From assembly GCA_028716245.1 (NCBI GenBank), contig JAQUQW010000002.1, positions 229,346 to 293,345 of the forward strand: DNA of 64,000 bases, given 5' to 3'. Source of the stretch: Candidatus Omnitrophota bacterium. GTDB taxonomy: Bacteria > Omnitrophota > Gorgyraeia > Gygaellales > Profunditerraquicolaceae. Below are positions 36,854 to 45,075 of the stretch, in pieces (position 1 is the first letter of the stretch; each line of letters begins with the position of its first letter). The position numbers were made by a program, and so were the translations under genes. The notes under the pieces were generated by a model that did no database searches, was not told where the DNA came from, and was given only the letters and a program-made list of their open reading frames with translations.

Positions 36854-36964
36854 ATGCCTTGCGGAAAGAAAAGAAAGAGACAGAAGATCAAAACCCATAA
36901 GCGTAAGAAATTACGCCGTCGTCTTCGTCACTTGAAGAAAAGAGCTTGGGGTGGTAAAGGTTAA
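36854..36964 (+). CDS. 36-aa ultrabasic protein, candidate ribosomal protein bS22-like
   Basis: ATG 8 nt after AAGGAG; MPCGKKRKRQKIKTHKRKKLRRRLRHLKKRAWGGKG (~60% K/R); resembles mycobacterial/Bacteroidetes bS22 (…[20 protein letters not shown]…); absent from ORF track (<60 aa). Confidence 0.4.
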   Translation: MPCGKKRKRQKIKTHKRKKLRRRLRHLKKRAWGGKG

Positions 36965-37931
36965 ATATCTTATCAGTGTAATCTGCCTTTGTCTTGCATT
37001 GGCCCTAACGGCATATCCTGTAGGCGCCTCAAATACAGATAGCGATGAAGCCAGGAGTTTAAGCCACTATATCCTGGGGGTTTATTATGACGACCTGGGA
37101 GATTTAGACAAGGCGATCCAAGAATATAAGAAAGCCCTTGCAGCCGACCCCAACAGCGCTTTATTACATTTAAATCTGGCATCAGTTTTCATTAAGAAGG
37201 ACAAGACGGCTCTGGCAATTGAGCAGCTTAAGCAGTCTATCGGGCTTGCTCCCGAAGCCATTGAGCCGCATGTGATATTGGCGCTGGTTTACGCGGCGCA
37301 AAATAAAGCGGATCTGGCTACCCAGGAATATACGCTGGCGCTTAAAAACGCCGCTAGACTCCAACCCAAGAACATTGAAATTTACAAAAGCTTAGGCGTA
37401 ATTTACCTGCAGCAAAAGAAATTAAAGGAAGCGGAAGGGATTTTTAAATTGATTGCGGGTATGGATCCGGCGGACCCGCAGGCGCATTTTTATTTAGGCA
37501 GTATTTATTTTGATTTAAAGGACAATCCTTCCGCAGAAAAAGAGCTTAATACCGCGTTAAAATTAAAGCCGGATTATCATGAAGCCCTGAATTTCCTGGG
37601 TTATTTTTATCTGGAACAGGATAAAAATATTAACCGGGCAGGCCAGCTGATCAGGAAGGCTTTGGTTTCTGAGCCGGAGAACGGCGCTTATATTGACAGC
37701 CTGGGATGGTTTTATTTCAAAAAAGGCAAGTTTAAAGACGCGCTGCGTGAATTGGAAAAAGCAGCTTCCTTGTTAAGCGACCCGACGATCTATGATCATC
37801 TGGGGGATACTTACCTTAAGCTCGGTGACCGCAACAACGCAAAATTAAACTGGGAGAAATCCCTGAAATTAGATTCTACGCAGGAAAATATAAAATCAAA
37901 ACTGCTTAAGCTCACCAATAATGGCAAATAA
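36951..37931 (+). CDS. TPR-repeat protein (secreted)
   Basis: Signal peptide; multiple 34-aa TPR repeats (AIQEYKKALAADPNSALLHLNLASVF...). Confidence 0.7.
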   Translation: MVKVKYLISVICLCLALALTAYPVGASNTDSDEARSLSHYILGVYYDDLGDLDKAIQEYKKALAADPNSALLHLNLASVFIKKDKTALAIEQLKQSIGLAPEAIEPHVILALVYAAQNKADLATQEYTLALKNAARLQPKNIEIYKSLGVIYLQQKKLKEAEGIFKLIAGMDPADPQAHFYLGSIYFDLKDNPSAEKELNTALKLKPDYHEALNFLGYFYLEQDKNINRAGQLIRKALVSEPENGAYIDSLGWFYFKKGKFKDALRELEKAASLLSDPTIYDHLGDTYLKLGDRNNAKLNWEKSLKLDSTQENIKSKLLKLTNNGK

Positions 37932-38742
37932 ACAATTAACCATCGAGGAGTTAGAAGCCAAAGCCAAAGTAACCCGGCGTTTAATTATTCAAATGCTGGC
38001 CAAGGCCGGCTCAGGGCATCCCGGAGGCAGCCTCTCAGCCGTGGATTTGATTACCGCGCTATATTTTAATGTTTTACGTTTTAATCCCCGCGATCCGCAA
38101 TGGCCGGACCGCGACCGTTTCCATATGTCTAAAGGCCACTGCTGCCCGCTTTGGTATGCGGTATTGGCCCAAGCCGGTTACTTTGCGGAAGAAAAATTAT
38201 TTACTTTGCGGCAATTAGGTTCAATTCTTCAGGGGCATCCTGATCGTAAAACACCGGGTGTTGAATCGGCATCCGGTTCTCTTGGCCAGGGGCTTTCGAT
38301 TGCTTTAGGGATGAGCCTGGCCGCAAAAATAGATAAAAAAGATTACCGGGTTTATGTTTTATTGGGCGACGGAGAAATTCAGGAGGGCAATATCTGGGAG
38401 GCAGCGATGGCTTGCGGGCATTTTGGCTGCAGCAATATTTGCGCTATCCTGGATGCCAACGGCTGCCAGATCGACGGAAGATGCGAGGATATCATGGGCC
38501 TGGAGCCTTTGGCGGCTAAATGGCAGGCATTCGGCTGGCATGTCCTGGAGATCAACGGCCATGATATGCGCCAGATTTTAGCGGCTTATGAAGAGGCCAA
38601 AACAATCAAAGATAAACCGACAATAATTATTGCCCGCACGGTTAAAGGTAAAGGTGTATCTTTTATGGAAGGGGTAATTGGTTTTCATGGCCGGGCGCCT
38701 ACTCCGGAAGAGGCCCAGAGGGCCTTAAAGGAATTAGCATAA
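37921..38742 (+). CDS. transketolase, N-terminal (TPP-binding) subunit
   Basis: GHPGGSLS, GDGEIQEGNIWEA TPP motifs; 273 aa split form. Confidence 0.9.
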   Translation: MANKQLTIEELEAKAKVTRRLIIQMLAKAGSGHPGGSLSAVDLITALYFNVLRFNPRDPQWPDRDRFHMSKGHCCPLWYAVLAQAGYFAEEKLFTLRQLGSILQGHPDRKTPGVESASGSLGQGLSIALGMSLAAKIDKKDYRVYVLLGDGEIQEGNIWEAAMACGHFGCSNICAILDANGCQIDGRCEDIMGLEPLAAKWQAFGWHVLEINGHDMRQILAAYEEAKTIKDKPTIIIARTVKGKGVSFMEGVIGFHGRAPTPEEAQRALKELA

Positions 38743-39668
38743 TGTCAGAGCAACTTTATCAGCGGGATATTTACGGCCAGATCCTAGTTAAGCTGGGTTC
38801 ATTGAATAAAGATATTGTGGTTTTGGATGCCGATCTCTCCAGTTCTACCCGCACCAATCTTTTTGCCAAGCAATTTCCGGATAGATTTTTTAATCTTGGA
38901 GTAGCTGAACAGAATATGATGGCAACCGCGGCGGGATTAGCCAGCTGCGGCAAGACGGTTTTTGTTTCCACCTTTGCCGTATTTGCTTCCGGCCGCGCCT
39001 GGGATCAGGTAAGATTAGCCATAAGTTACAATAATTTTAATGTTAAGATTGTCGCCACCCACGCCGGCATTACCGTTGGACCGGATGGGGCCAGCCATCA
39101 GGCTTTAGAGGATATCGCTTTAATGCGCGCCCTGCCGAACATGAATATTATCGTCCCCTGCGACGGGCCCCAGACATCTGACGCGGTGGAGACCGCGGCA
39201 AATCATCCTGGGCCTTTTTATGTCCGTTTAGGCAGGTCCAAAGTTGCCACCATCGAGAATAAGGGTGAATTTAAATTTGGCCAAGCCCAGCTAATTTCTG
39301 AGGGCAATGATGTGGCTATCATTGCCTGCGGGATTATGGTTTCGGAGGCGTCTTTGGCGGTAAAGAATTTAGCTCAGAAAGGCATAAAAGCGCGCCTGAT
39401 CAATATGCATTCCATCCGGCCCCTGGATAATGAAGTTATCCTTAAAGCGGCAAAAGAAACCAAGCTGATTATTGCTTGTGAAGAGCATAATATTATTGGA
39501 AGTTTGGCTTCTAGCATAGATGAGGTCGTGGCTGAGAATTTTCCGGTGAAGGTGATCCGCGTAGGCATACGTAATCGTTTTGGCCAATCGGGTGAGCCGC
39601 AAGAACTTCTAAAAGAATATAACTTGAGCAGTTCGGATATTGAGAAAGCGGTCCTGGCTAATATATAA
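38742..39668 (+). CDS. transketolase, C-terminal subunit
   Basis: Pyrimidine-binding and C-terminal domains; 308 aa; start overlaps stop of N-subunit. Confidence 0.9.
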   Translation: MSEQLYQRDIYGQILVKLGSLNKDIVVLDADLSSSTRTNLFAKQFPDRFFNLGVAEQNMMATAAGLASCGKTVFVSTFAVFASGRAWDQVRLAISYNNFNVKIVATHAGITVGPDGASHQALEDIALMRALPNMNIIVPCDGPQTSDAVETAANHPGPFYVRLGRSKVATIENKGEFKFGQAQLISEGNDVAIIACGIMVSEASLAVKNLAQKGIKARLINMHSIRPLDNEVILKAAKETKLIIACEEHNIIGSLASSIDEVVAENFPVKVIRVGIRNRFGQSGEPQELLKEYNLSSSDIEKAVLANI

Positions 39669-39723
39669 AAACATAGGCGGCGGAAAAACAGAACCGTCCC
39701 CTAGTTTTAAATGAGCACTCTTA

Positions 39724-40596
39724 TTGCCGTTGGTTATTAAATCCTTCGCTAAGTTAAATCTTTATCTGCAAATCCTGAATAAACGCAAGGATAATTTCCA
39801 TAATTTAAATACTTTATTTTGCCGGATTGATTTAGCCGACACGCTGATCTTTAAAAAGCGCCAAGACGACTTAATTAAAATCAGGTGTAAGAATCCGGGT
39901 GTGCCTTCTGATAAAACCAATCTTTGCTGGCGCGCCGCTGAATTACTAAAGCGGGAATTAGATGTAGATTTTGGAATAGATATTGAGATTAGAAAGCGAA
40001 TACCGGTTGGCGCGGGTTTAGGCGGGGGTTCTTCCAATGCTGCCGGTGTCCTTTTGGGGTTAAACCGGTATTGGAACCTGAATTTACCCAAGGCAAGGCT
40101 GGTAAAATTAGGGGCTAAAATAGGCAGCGATGTTCCGTTCTTTCTCTATGATACAAAGTTTGCTTTAGGAAGCCGGCGCGGAGATAAAATTAAACCGCTA
40201 ACTTCTTTAGGTAAACTCAAGCTTTGGTTTATACTGGTTTATCCCAAAATCAAGGTTTCTACGCCTTGGATTTATCAGAAATTTGATGCTTTTTCTGGAT
40301 TGACAAGGAGGCGGTGTAATGTTAAAATGTTGACTTCTGAGTTGCGGCAAAAAGGCAAGGGGATGAATGCCCAATGCCTTGTCAACGACTTAGAGATTGT
40401 TACCGCTAGCCTTTATCCTGTAGTTAACCAGGTTAAAAAAGCGTTTTCCGGCATAGGGTTAGAAAAAATAATGATGTCCGGAAGCGGGCCGGCAGTATTC
40501 GCGCTCTGTAATGGCCGCAAACAGGCTGGAGATTTATGCAGGAAATTAGCTAAAGCGCATAAATCCTGGCAAGTTTTTGTAAGTTCTACGGTTTAA
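39724..40596 (+). CDS. ispE: 4-diphosphocytidyl-2-C-methyl-D-erythritol kinase (TTG start likely)
   Basis: AKLNLYLQI N-term, PVGAGLGGGSSNAAGVL GHMP kinase ATP loop. Confidence 0.85.
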   Translation: MPLVIKSFAKLNLYLQILNKRKDNFHNLNTLFCRIDLADTLIFKKRQDDLIKIRCKNPGVPSDKTNLCWRAAELLKRELDVDFGIDIEIRKRIPVGAGLGGGSSNAAGVLLGLNRYWNLNLPKARLVKLGAKIGSDVPFFLYDTKFALGSRRGDKIKPLTSLGKLKLWFILVYPKIKVSTPWIYQKFDAFSGLTRRRCNVKMLTSELRQKGKGMNAQCLVNDLEIVTASLYPVVNQVKKAFSGIGLEKIMMSGSGPAVFALCNGRKQAGDLCRKLAKAHKSWQVFVSSTV

Positions 40597-40613
40597 CAAT
40601 CAGGAGGTAGGCG

Positions 40614-41018
40614 ATGGAGGCCACTGAAATCAGGGTGATATTAAAGGATTCTCCGGATAAGAAATTGAAAGCGTATGCCACGGTTACTTTTGATAATGTT
40701 TTTGTGGTCAGGGATATTAAGGTGATCGAGGGCAGCGCGGGTTTATTTATTGCCATGCCTTCCCGTAAAGTAAAGCACTCTTGTCCTAAATGCGCCTTTA
40801 AAAATGAATTACGCAGTAAATATTGTAACCAGTGCGCCGCTCCTTTGCCGGTTGAAACCAACCTGCAACGCGGTGAAGAGATACCCAGCAGCCAGGCCGA
40901 GCATAAAGATATCGCCCATCCGATAACGCAGTCGTTTCGGGAAAATTTGCAGAAAAAAGTTTTAGAGGCTTATGTTCAAGAGAAAGACAAGGTGCATTCC
41001 GGTTCTGCCTTGGAGTAA
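40614..41018 (+). CDS. spoVG: SpoVG-family protein with inserted Zn-ribbon
   Basis: MEATEIRVILKD...FVVRDIKVIEGSAGLFIAMPSRK ... DIAHPITQSFRENLQKKVLEAY matches SpoVG; 45-aa insert HSCPKCAFKNELRSKYCNQCAAPLP (CxxC-x12-CxxC). Confidence 0.85.
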   Translation: MEATEIRVILKDSPDKKLKAYATVTFDNVFVVRDIKVIEGSAGLFIAMPSRKVKHSCPKCAFKNELRSKYCNQCAAPLPVETNLQRGEEIPSSQAEHKDIAHPITQSFRENLQKKVLEAYVQEKDKVHSGSALE

Positions 41019-41021
41019 TTT

Positions 41022-41092
41022 TGGGACGTCGTCCAATGGTAGGACATCAGAATTTGGGTCTGACTATCATGGTTCGAATCCATGCGTCCCAG
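41022..41092 (+). tRNA. tRNA-Gln (anticodon TTG)
   Basis: TGGGACGTCGTCCAATGGTAGGACATCAGAATTTGGGTCTGACTATCATGGTTCGAATCCATGCGTCCCAG; hand-folded cloverleaf, loop ATTTGGG. Confidence 0.85.
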
Positions 41093-41102
41093 TGATAATA
41101 TT

Positions 41103-41209
41103 AGGGGGACGTCCTCTGTGGGGACACCCCTTGCAGGAGGAAGATTTAATTTAGTTAGTAATATAATGGTTACGGTGTGATAGGGTGTCCCCTTGAGGGA
41201 CGTCCCCCT
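41103..41209. promoter_or_regulatory. ~28-nt inverted repeat pair, each containing the palindrome GGGACGTCC(C), flanking the glmU promoter (-10 TATAAT ~41162-41167)
   Basis: AGGGGGACGTCCTCTGTGGGGACACCCC (41103-41130) vs reverse complement of AGGGTGTCCCCTTGAGGGACGTCCCCCT (41183-41209). Confidence 0.6.
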
Positions 41210-42471
41210 TGAATATGAAAAAAGAGATTGCGGTAATAATTTTAGCGGCAGGCAAAAGCACGCGGATGAAATCCGAACTGCCCAAGGTATTGCACCCGCT
41301 TTGCGGCAGGCCGATGCTGGGTTATGTTTTGGATTTAGTCGCCGGCTTAAAACCAAAACAGGTGGTCGCGGTTTTAGGGTATAAGCATGATCTGGTGCGC
41401 AAAATTATCCCTAAAGGGATTAAAATCGCTATCCAGAAGAAACTTAGCGGAACAGCCGACGCGGTCAAAGCGGGGCTGTCGGCTTTAAAAGGTTTTAAAG
41501 GCACCGTACTTGTCCTTTACGGAGACAGTCCTCTCCTAAAAAAGGAGACGTTGAAGAAACTCCTGGATTACCATTTAGAGAATGATGTCGATGCCACCTT
41601 ATTAACCGCAAAACTCAAAAAGCCCTTTGGGTACGGCCGGATTATGCGCGATAAATATTCCAGCATCTGCGGCATCGTCGAAGAAAAAGACGCCGATGAA
41701 GTGCAGAAAGATATTAAAGAAATCAATACCGGTATTATGGTTTTTAAAAAAGACAGCTTAGCCGGCAATTTAAAATACATCCGGCCGAATAACCGCAAAA
41801 AAGAATATTATTTAACCGACATAATCGAAATTTTAGCTAAAAAAGATTGTCTGGTTGACGGGGTAAGGGCCGAAGACGCCCAGGAAGCTTTGGGGATCAA
41901 TACCCGCGCGGAATTGACTAAGGCCAATTCCCTTATGCAAAAAACCATTAATGATAAATTAATGCACAGCGGCGTGACTATTTTGGATCCGGCGTCCACC
42001 TTTATCAATTTCGGCACTAAAATCGGCATGGATACGGTGATTTATCCCTTTACAGTAATTGAAAGGGGTGTTAAAATTGGGAAGCGTTGTTCAGTAGGCC
42101 CTTTCGCGCACCTGCGTGAAGATGTCTCTCTTGGTGATAATGTGAGAGTCGGCAATTTTATTGAAGTGGTGCGTGCCAAAATCGGCGCTAAAACATTCGT
42201 TAAACACTTTTCTTATATCGGAGACAGTTCTGTCGGCTCCAGCGTTAATATCGGAGCAGGGACGGTTACGGCTAACTTTGACGGCCTCAAGAAAAATTAC
42301 ACGGTTATTGAGGATAATGTTAGTATTGGTTCAGATACCGTGATTGTTGCTCCGGTAAAAATCGGTAAATTCGCCATTACCGGCGCCGGCTCGGTAATTA
42401 CTAAGAATATCCCGCAGAGGTCTGTTGCGGTAGGGGTTCCGGCCAGAATTTTAAAGAAACGGGGGAGGTAG
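41209..42471 (+). CDS. glmU: bifunctional UDP-GlcNAc pyrophosphorylase / GlcN-1-P acetyltransferase
   Basis: LAAGKSTRMKSELPKVLHP nucleotidyltransferase N-term; C-terminal left-handed beta-helix hexapeptide repeats; TTG 41209 or ATG 41215 start. Confidence 0.9.
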   Translation: MNMKKEIAVIILAAGKSTRMKSELPKVLHPLCGRPMLGYVLDLVAGLKPKQVVAVLGYKHDLVRKIIPKGIKIAIQKKLSGTADAVKAGLSALKGFKGTVLVLYGDSPLLKKETLKKLLDYHLENDVDATLLTAKLKKPFGYGRIMRDKYSSICGIVEEKDADEVQKDIKEINTGIMVFKKDSLAGNLKYIRPNNRKKEYYLTDIIEILAKKDCLVDGVRAEDAQEALGINTRAELTKANSLMQKTINDKLMHSGVTILDPASTFINFGTKIGMDTVIYPFTVIERGVKIGKRCSVGPFAHLREDVSLGDNVRVGNFIEVVRAKIGAKTFVKHFSYIGDSSVGSSVNIGAGTVTANFDGLKKNYTVIEDNVSIGSDTVIVAPVKIGKFAITGAGSVITKNIPQRSVAVGVPARILKKRGR

Positions 42472-42473
42472 GG

Positions 42474-43412
42474 ATGGATAAGCTGGCAATTTTTAGCGGT
42501 AACGCAAACCCGGAGTTAGCCTGCGCTATCTGTAAAAATTTAAGGGTAAAATTACAGGATGCTTTAGTTGGCCGCTTCAGCGAAGGCGAAATACGGGTAA
42601 AGATCAATGAAAATGTGCGCGGCAAAGACGTTTTTATCGTGCAGCCGACCTGTCCGCCGTCAAATGATAACCTGATGGAATTATTAATTATGATTGATGC
42701 TTTGCGCAGGGCAAGCGCCAATAGGATTACCGCGGTCATTCCGTATTTTGGTTATGCCCGCCAGGACCGCAAGGATCAGCCGCGCGTGCCGATTACCGCC
42801 AAATTAGTGGCTAATCTTTTGACTACCGCCGGGGCAAACCGGATCCTGACCATGGATTTACATGCCGGCCAGATCCAGGGTTTTTTCGATATCCCCGTAG
42901 ACCATCTTTTTTCCGTGAATGTATTCGTAGATTATTTTTCCAAAATGAATATCAAAGATTTGGTTGCCGTTTCTCCCGATGTGGGAAGTATTAAGATGGC
43001 CAGGGCTTACGCCAAAAGAGTCAGCGCGGACCTTGCGATTATTGATAAGCGCCGGGTCTCGCCCGAGAAAGCTGAAGCAATGCATATCATGGGTGAAGTC
43101 GAAGGCAAGAATGTGATTATTGTCGATGATTTAATTGCCACAGGCAGTTCGTTGGTGGAGGCGGTAGGGGCTTTAAAAAAAGCCGGAGCCAAAACTATTT
43201 ATGCCGCAATTGCCCACGGTATTTTATCGGGGCCGGCAATTCAGCGTATTGACCAATGTGACGGCCTGGAAAAGCTGCTGATCTCCGACAGCATTCCTCA
43301 GTCCCCGGAAAAGAGCAACCCAAAAATTCAAGTACTTTCAGTGGCCAATCTATTGGCCGAAGCGATAAAAAGAATACACAACGAGGAGTCAGTTAGCTGC
43401 CTATTTGATTAG
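42474..43412 (+). CDS. prs: ribose-phosphate pyrophosphokinase
   Basis: DLHAGQIQGFFDIPVDHL and VIIVDDLIATGSSL PRPP-binding motif. Confidence 0.95.
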   Translation: MDKLAIFSGNANPELACAICKNLRVKLQDALVGRFSEGEIRVKINENVRGKDVFIVQPTCPPSNDNLMELLIMIDALRRASANRITAVIPYFGYARQDRKDQPRVPITAKLVANLLTTAGANRILTMDLHAGQIQGFFDIPVDHLFSVNVFVDYFSKMNIKDLVAVSPDVGSIKMARAYAKRVSADLAIIDKRRVSPEKAEAMHIMGEVEGKNVIIVDDLIATGSSLVEAVGALKKAGAKTIYAAIAHGILSGPAIQRIDQCDGLEKLLISDSIPQSPEKSNPKIQVLSVANLLAEAIKRIHNEESVSCLFD

Positions 43413-43427
43413 GAGAGAAAGGTTGAA

Positions 43428-44129
43428 ATGGAAGAGATAGTTTTAGAAGCAGAGTTAAGAGAGGGCAAGGGAAGAGCCAACACTAAAGATTTAAGGGAAA
43501 GCGGTTATCTGCCCGCGGTAATTTATTCCCGCGCTAAGGATGCCTTATCCATAAAAATTTCCAGGGGCGCACTTTTAAAATTGGTCCATCAGTATCATTT
43601 AGAAAACACGATTATTAATCTAAAGATCAAGGATGATAAGAAGGCCAAAGGCCGCTCCTGCCTGGTCAAAGAAATTCAGTATGGCCCGGTTAGCGAAGAT
43701 ATCATCCATGTGGATTTTAATGAGATCTCCCTGACCGAGGCGATCAAAGTCAATGTGCCTGTTGAAACTAAAGGCGAACCTGTCGGCGTGAAACAGGAGG
43801 GCGGGTCTTTAGAGCACCTGCTTTGGGAAATCGAAATAGAATGTTTACCCACCAGTATCCCTAAGAATATAGAGGTAGACATTAGCGCCCTTAAGCTGGG
43901 GGAAGCAATCCATGTTAAGGATCTAGTTTTTGCAGCGGGAATTAAGCCTTTAAGCGACCCGGCGGCAATTGTTTTACATATCATCGCTCCGATGAAGGAA
44001 GAAGCGCCGGCGGAAGCAGTTGAAGGAGAAGCCAAAGAGGAGCCTGAAGTAATTAAAGAGAAGAAGGAAATTCCCGGTGAAGGCGCTCCTGCTGAAGCGG
44101 CCAAAGAAAAAGAGAAAGAGAAGAAGTGA
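43428..44129 (+). CDS. rplY: 50S ribosomal protein L25 / general stress protein Ctc
   Basis: N-terminal L25 beta-barrel; acidic/Lys-rich C-terminal tail; 233 aa. Confidence 0.85.
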   Translation: MEEIVLEAELREGKGRANTKDLRESGYLPAVIYSRAKDALSIKISRGALLKLVHQYHLENTIINLKIKDDKKAKGRSCLVKEIQYGPVSEDIIHVDFNEISLTEAIKVNVPVETKGEPVGVKQEGGSLEHLLWEIEIECLPTSIPKNIEVDISALKLGEAIHVKDLVFAAGIKPLSDPAAIVLHIIAPMKEEAPAEAVEGEAKEEPEVIKEKKEIPGEGAPAEAAKEKEKEKK

Positions 44130-44704
44130 AGATAATTGCGGGCCTGGGAAATCCCGGTTTGATCTACGCGGGCTCCCGGCACAACATAGGCTGCGCGATT
44201 TTAAAATCTTTAGCCCGTTCTTTAAAAGTTTCGCTTAAAAGAGACAATTCGGTTCTTGCTTTAATAGGCACGGCTAAATTGGGCTCGCATAATGTGATCT
44301 TGGCCCTGCCGCAGACTTTTATGAATTTAAGCGGTAAAGCCGTCAGCGCTTTGCTTAAGAAATTTAAAGGCGCTCCGTCCGATCTTTTGGTGGTTTGCGA
44401 TGATTTGGATTTGGAGTTGGGCAGGATGAAGATTCGCCCCAGCGGCTCAAGCGGCGGGCACCGGGGGTTACTTTCGATCATTGAACATTTGGGAACACAA
44501 AATTTTAGCCGCCTGCGTATCGGGATCGGCCGGCCAAAAAATTCAAACGATGCCGCGGATTATGTGCTGGCGGGTTTTTTACGCGGCCAGAAAATGCTGG
44601 TCCAGGAAGTAAAAGAGGATGCCGTCAACTGCTGCCTAAGCTGGGCGGAAAAAGGCGTAGTTGAAACCATGAATCTGTTTAACACAAAGACACCCCGCGC
44701 TTAA
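44126..44704 (+). CDS. pth: peptidyl-tRNA hydrolase
   Basis: IIAGLGNPG...RHNIG N-term, HRGLLSIIEHLG; C-terminal codons ...TPRA* lie inside repeat copy F. Confidence 0.9.
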   Translation: MKIIAGLGNPGLIYAGSRHNIGCAILKSLARSLKVSLKRDNSVLALIGTAKLGSHNVILALPQTFMNLSGKAVSALLKKFKGAPSDLLVVCDDLDLELGRMKIRPSGSSGGHRGLLSIIEHLGTQNFSRLRIGIGRPKNSNDAADYVLAGFLRGQKMLVQEVKEDAVNCCLSWAEKGVVETMNLFNTKTPRA

Positions 44705-44745
44705 AGGAATTGCGCGGGTGTTGTCTACGTAGACAAGGAGCAGAA
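44690..44745 (+). repeat. leader module copy F (second hairpin replaced by TGTCTAC/GTAGACA covarying stem)
   Basis: ACACCCCGCGC-TTAAAGGAATT-GCGCGGGTGT TGTCT-ACGT-AGACA AGGAG cagaaATG. Confidence 0.8.
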
Positions 44746-45036
44746 ATGAATAAGTATGAAGCAATGGTAATTGTTAGGCCTGACTTATCTGACGAAAATA
44801 AAAAAACGTTATTTAAGCAGATCGATGACGCGGTGGCTAAGAATAACGGCCAGATCTCCAGCTCAGGAGTTTGGGCGGAAAGGCGTAAATTTTATTTCCC
44901 GATCAATAAATTTATGGAAGGGATTTATTACCTGGTAGCGTTCAGCGCTCCGTCGGCAGCAATCAAAGAGATGCGTAATATTTATAAACTTAATGAGAAT
45001 ATCCTAAGAGTCCTGTTTACGCGTATGGATGCCTAA
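44746..45036 (+). CDS. rpsF: 30S ribosomal protein S6
   Basis: MNKYEAMVIVRPDLSDE... canonical S6 N-term; track ORF 44710 start reads through the repeat and is rejected. Confidence 0.9.
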   Translation: MNKYEAMVIVRPDLSDENKKTLFKQIDDAVAKNNGQISSSGVWAERRKFYFPINKFMEGIYYLVAFSAPSAAIKEMRNIYKLNENILRVLFTRMDA

Positions 45037-45075
45037 TCCGGATTTTTCTGGAAAAAGTATTTTAGGAGGATTTAT

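Noticed and set aside
40972-41154. 60-aa ORF overlapping tRNA-Gln and 63-aa ORF 41193-41384 overlapping the glmU start
   Set aside because: They overlap a confidently folded tRNA and the glmU N-terminus respectively. Spurious.
9465-44745. Possibility that the repeated module is a CRISPR array or an intrinsic terminator
   Set aside because: Copies are kilobases apart with no regular short spacers and no cas genes. The stems are not followed by U-tracts, and the element is positioned relative to downstream start codons, not upstream stops.
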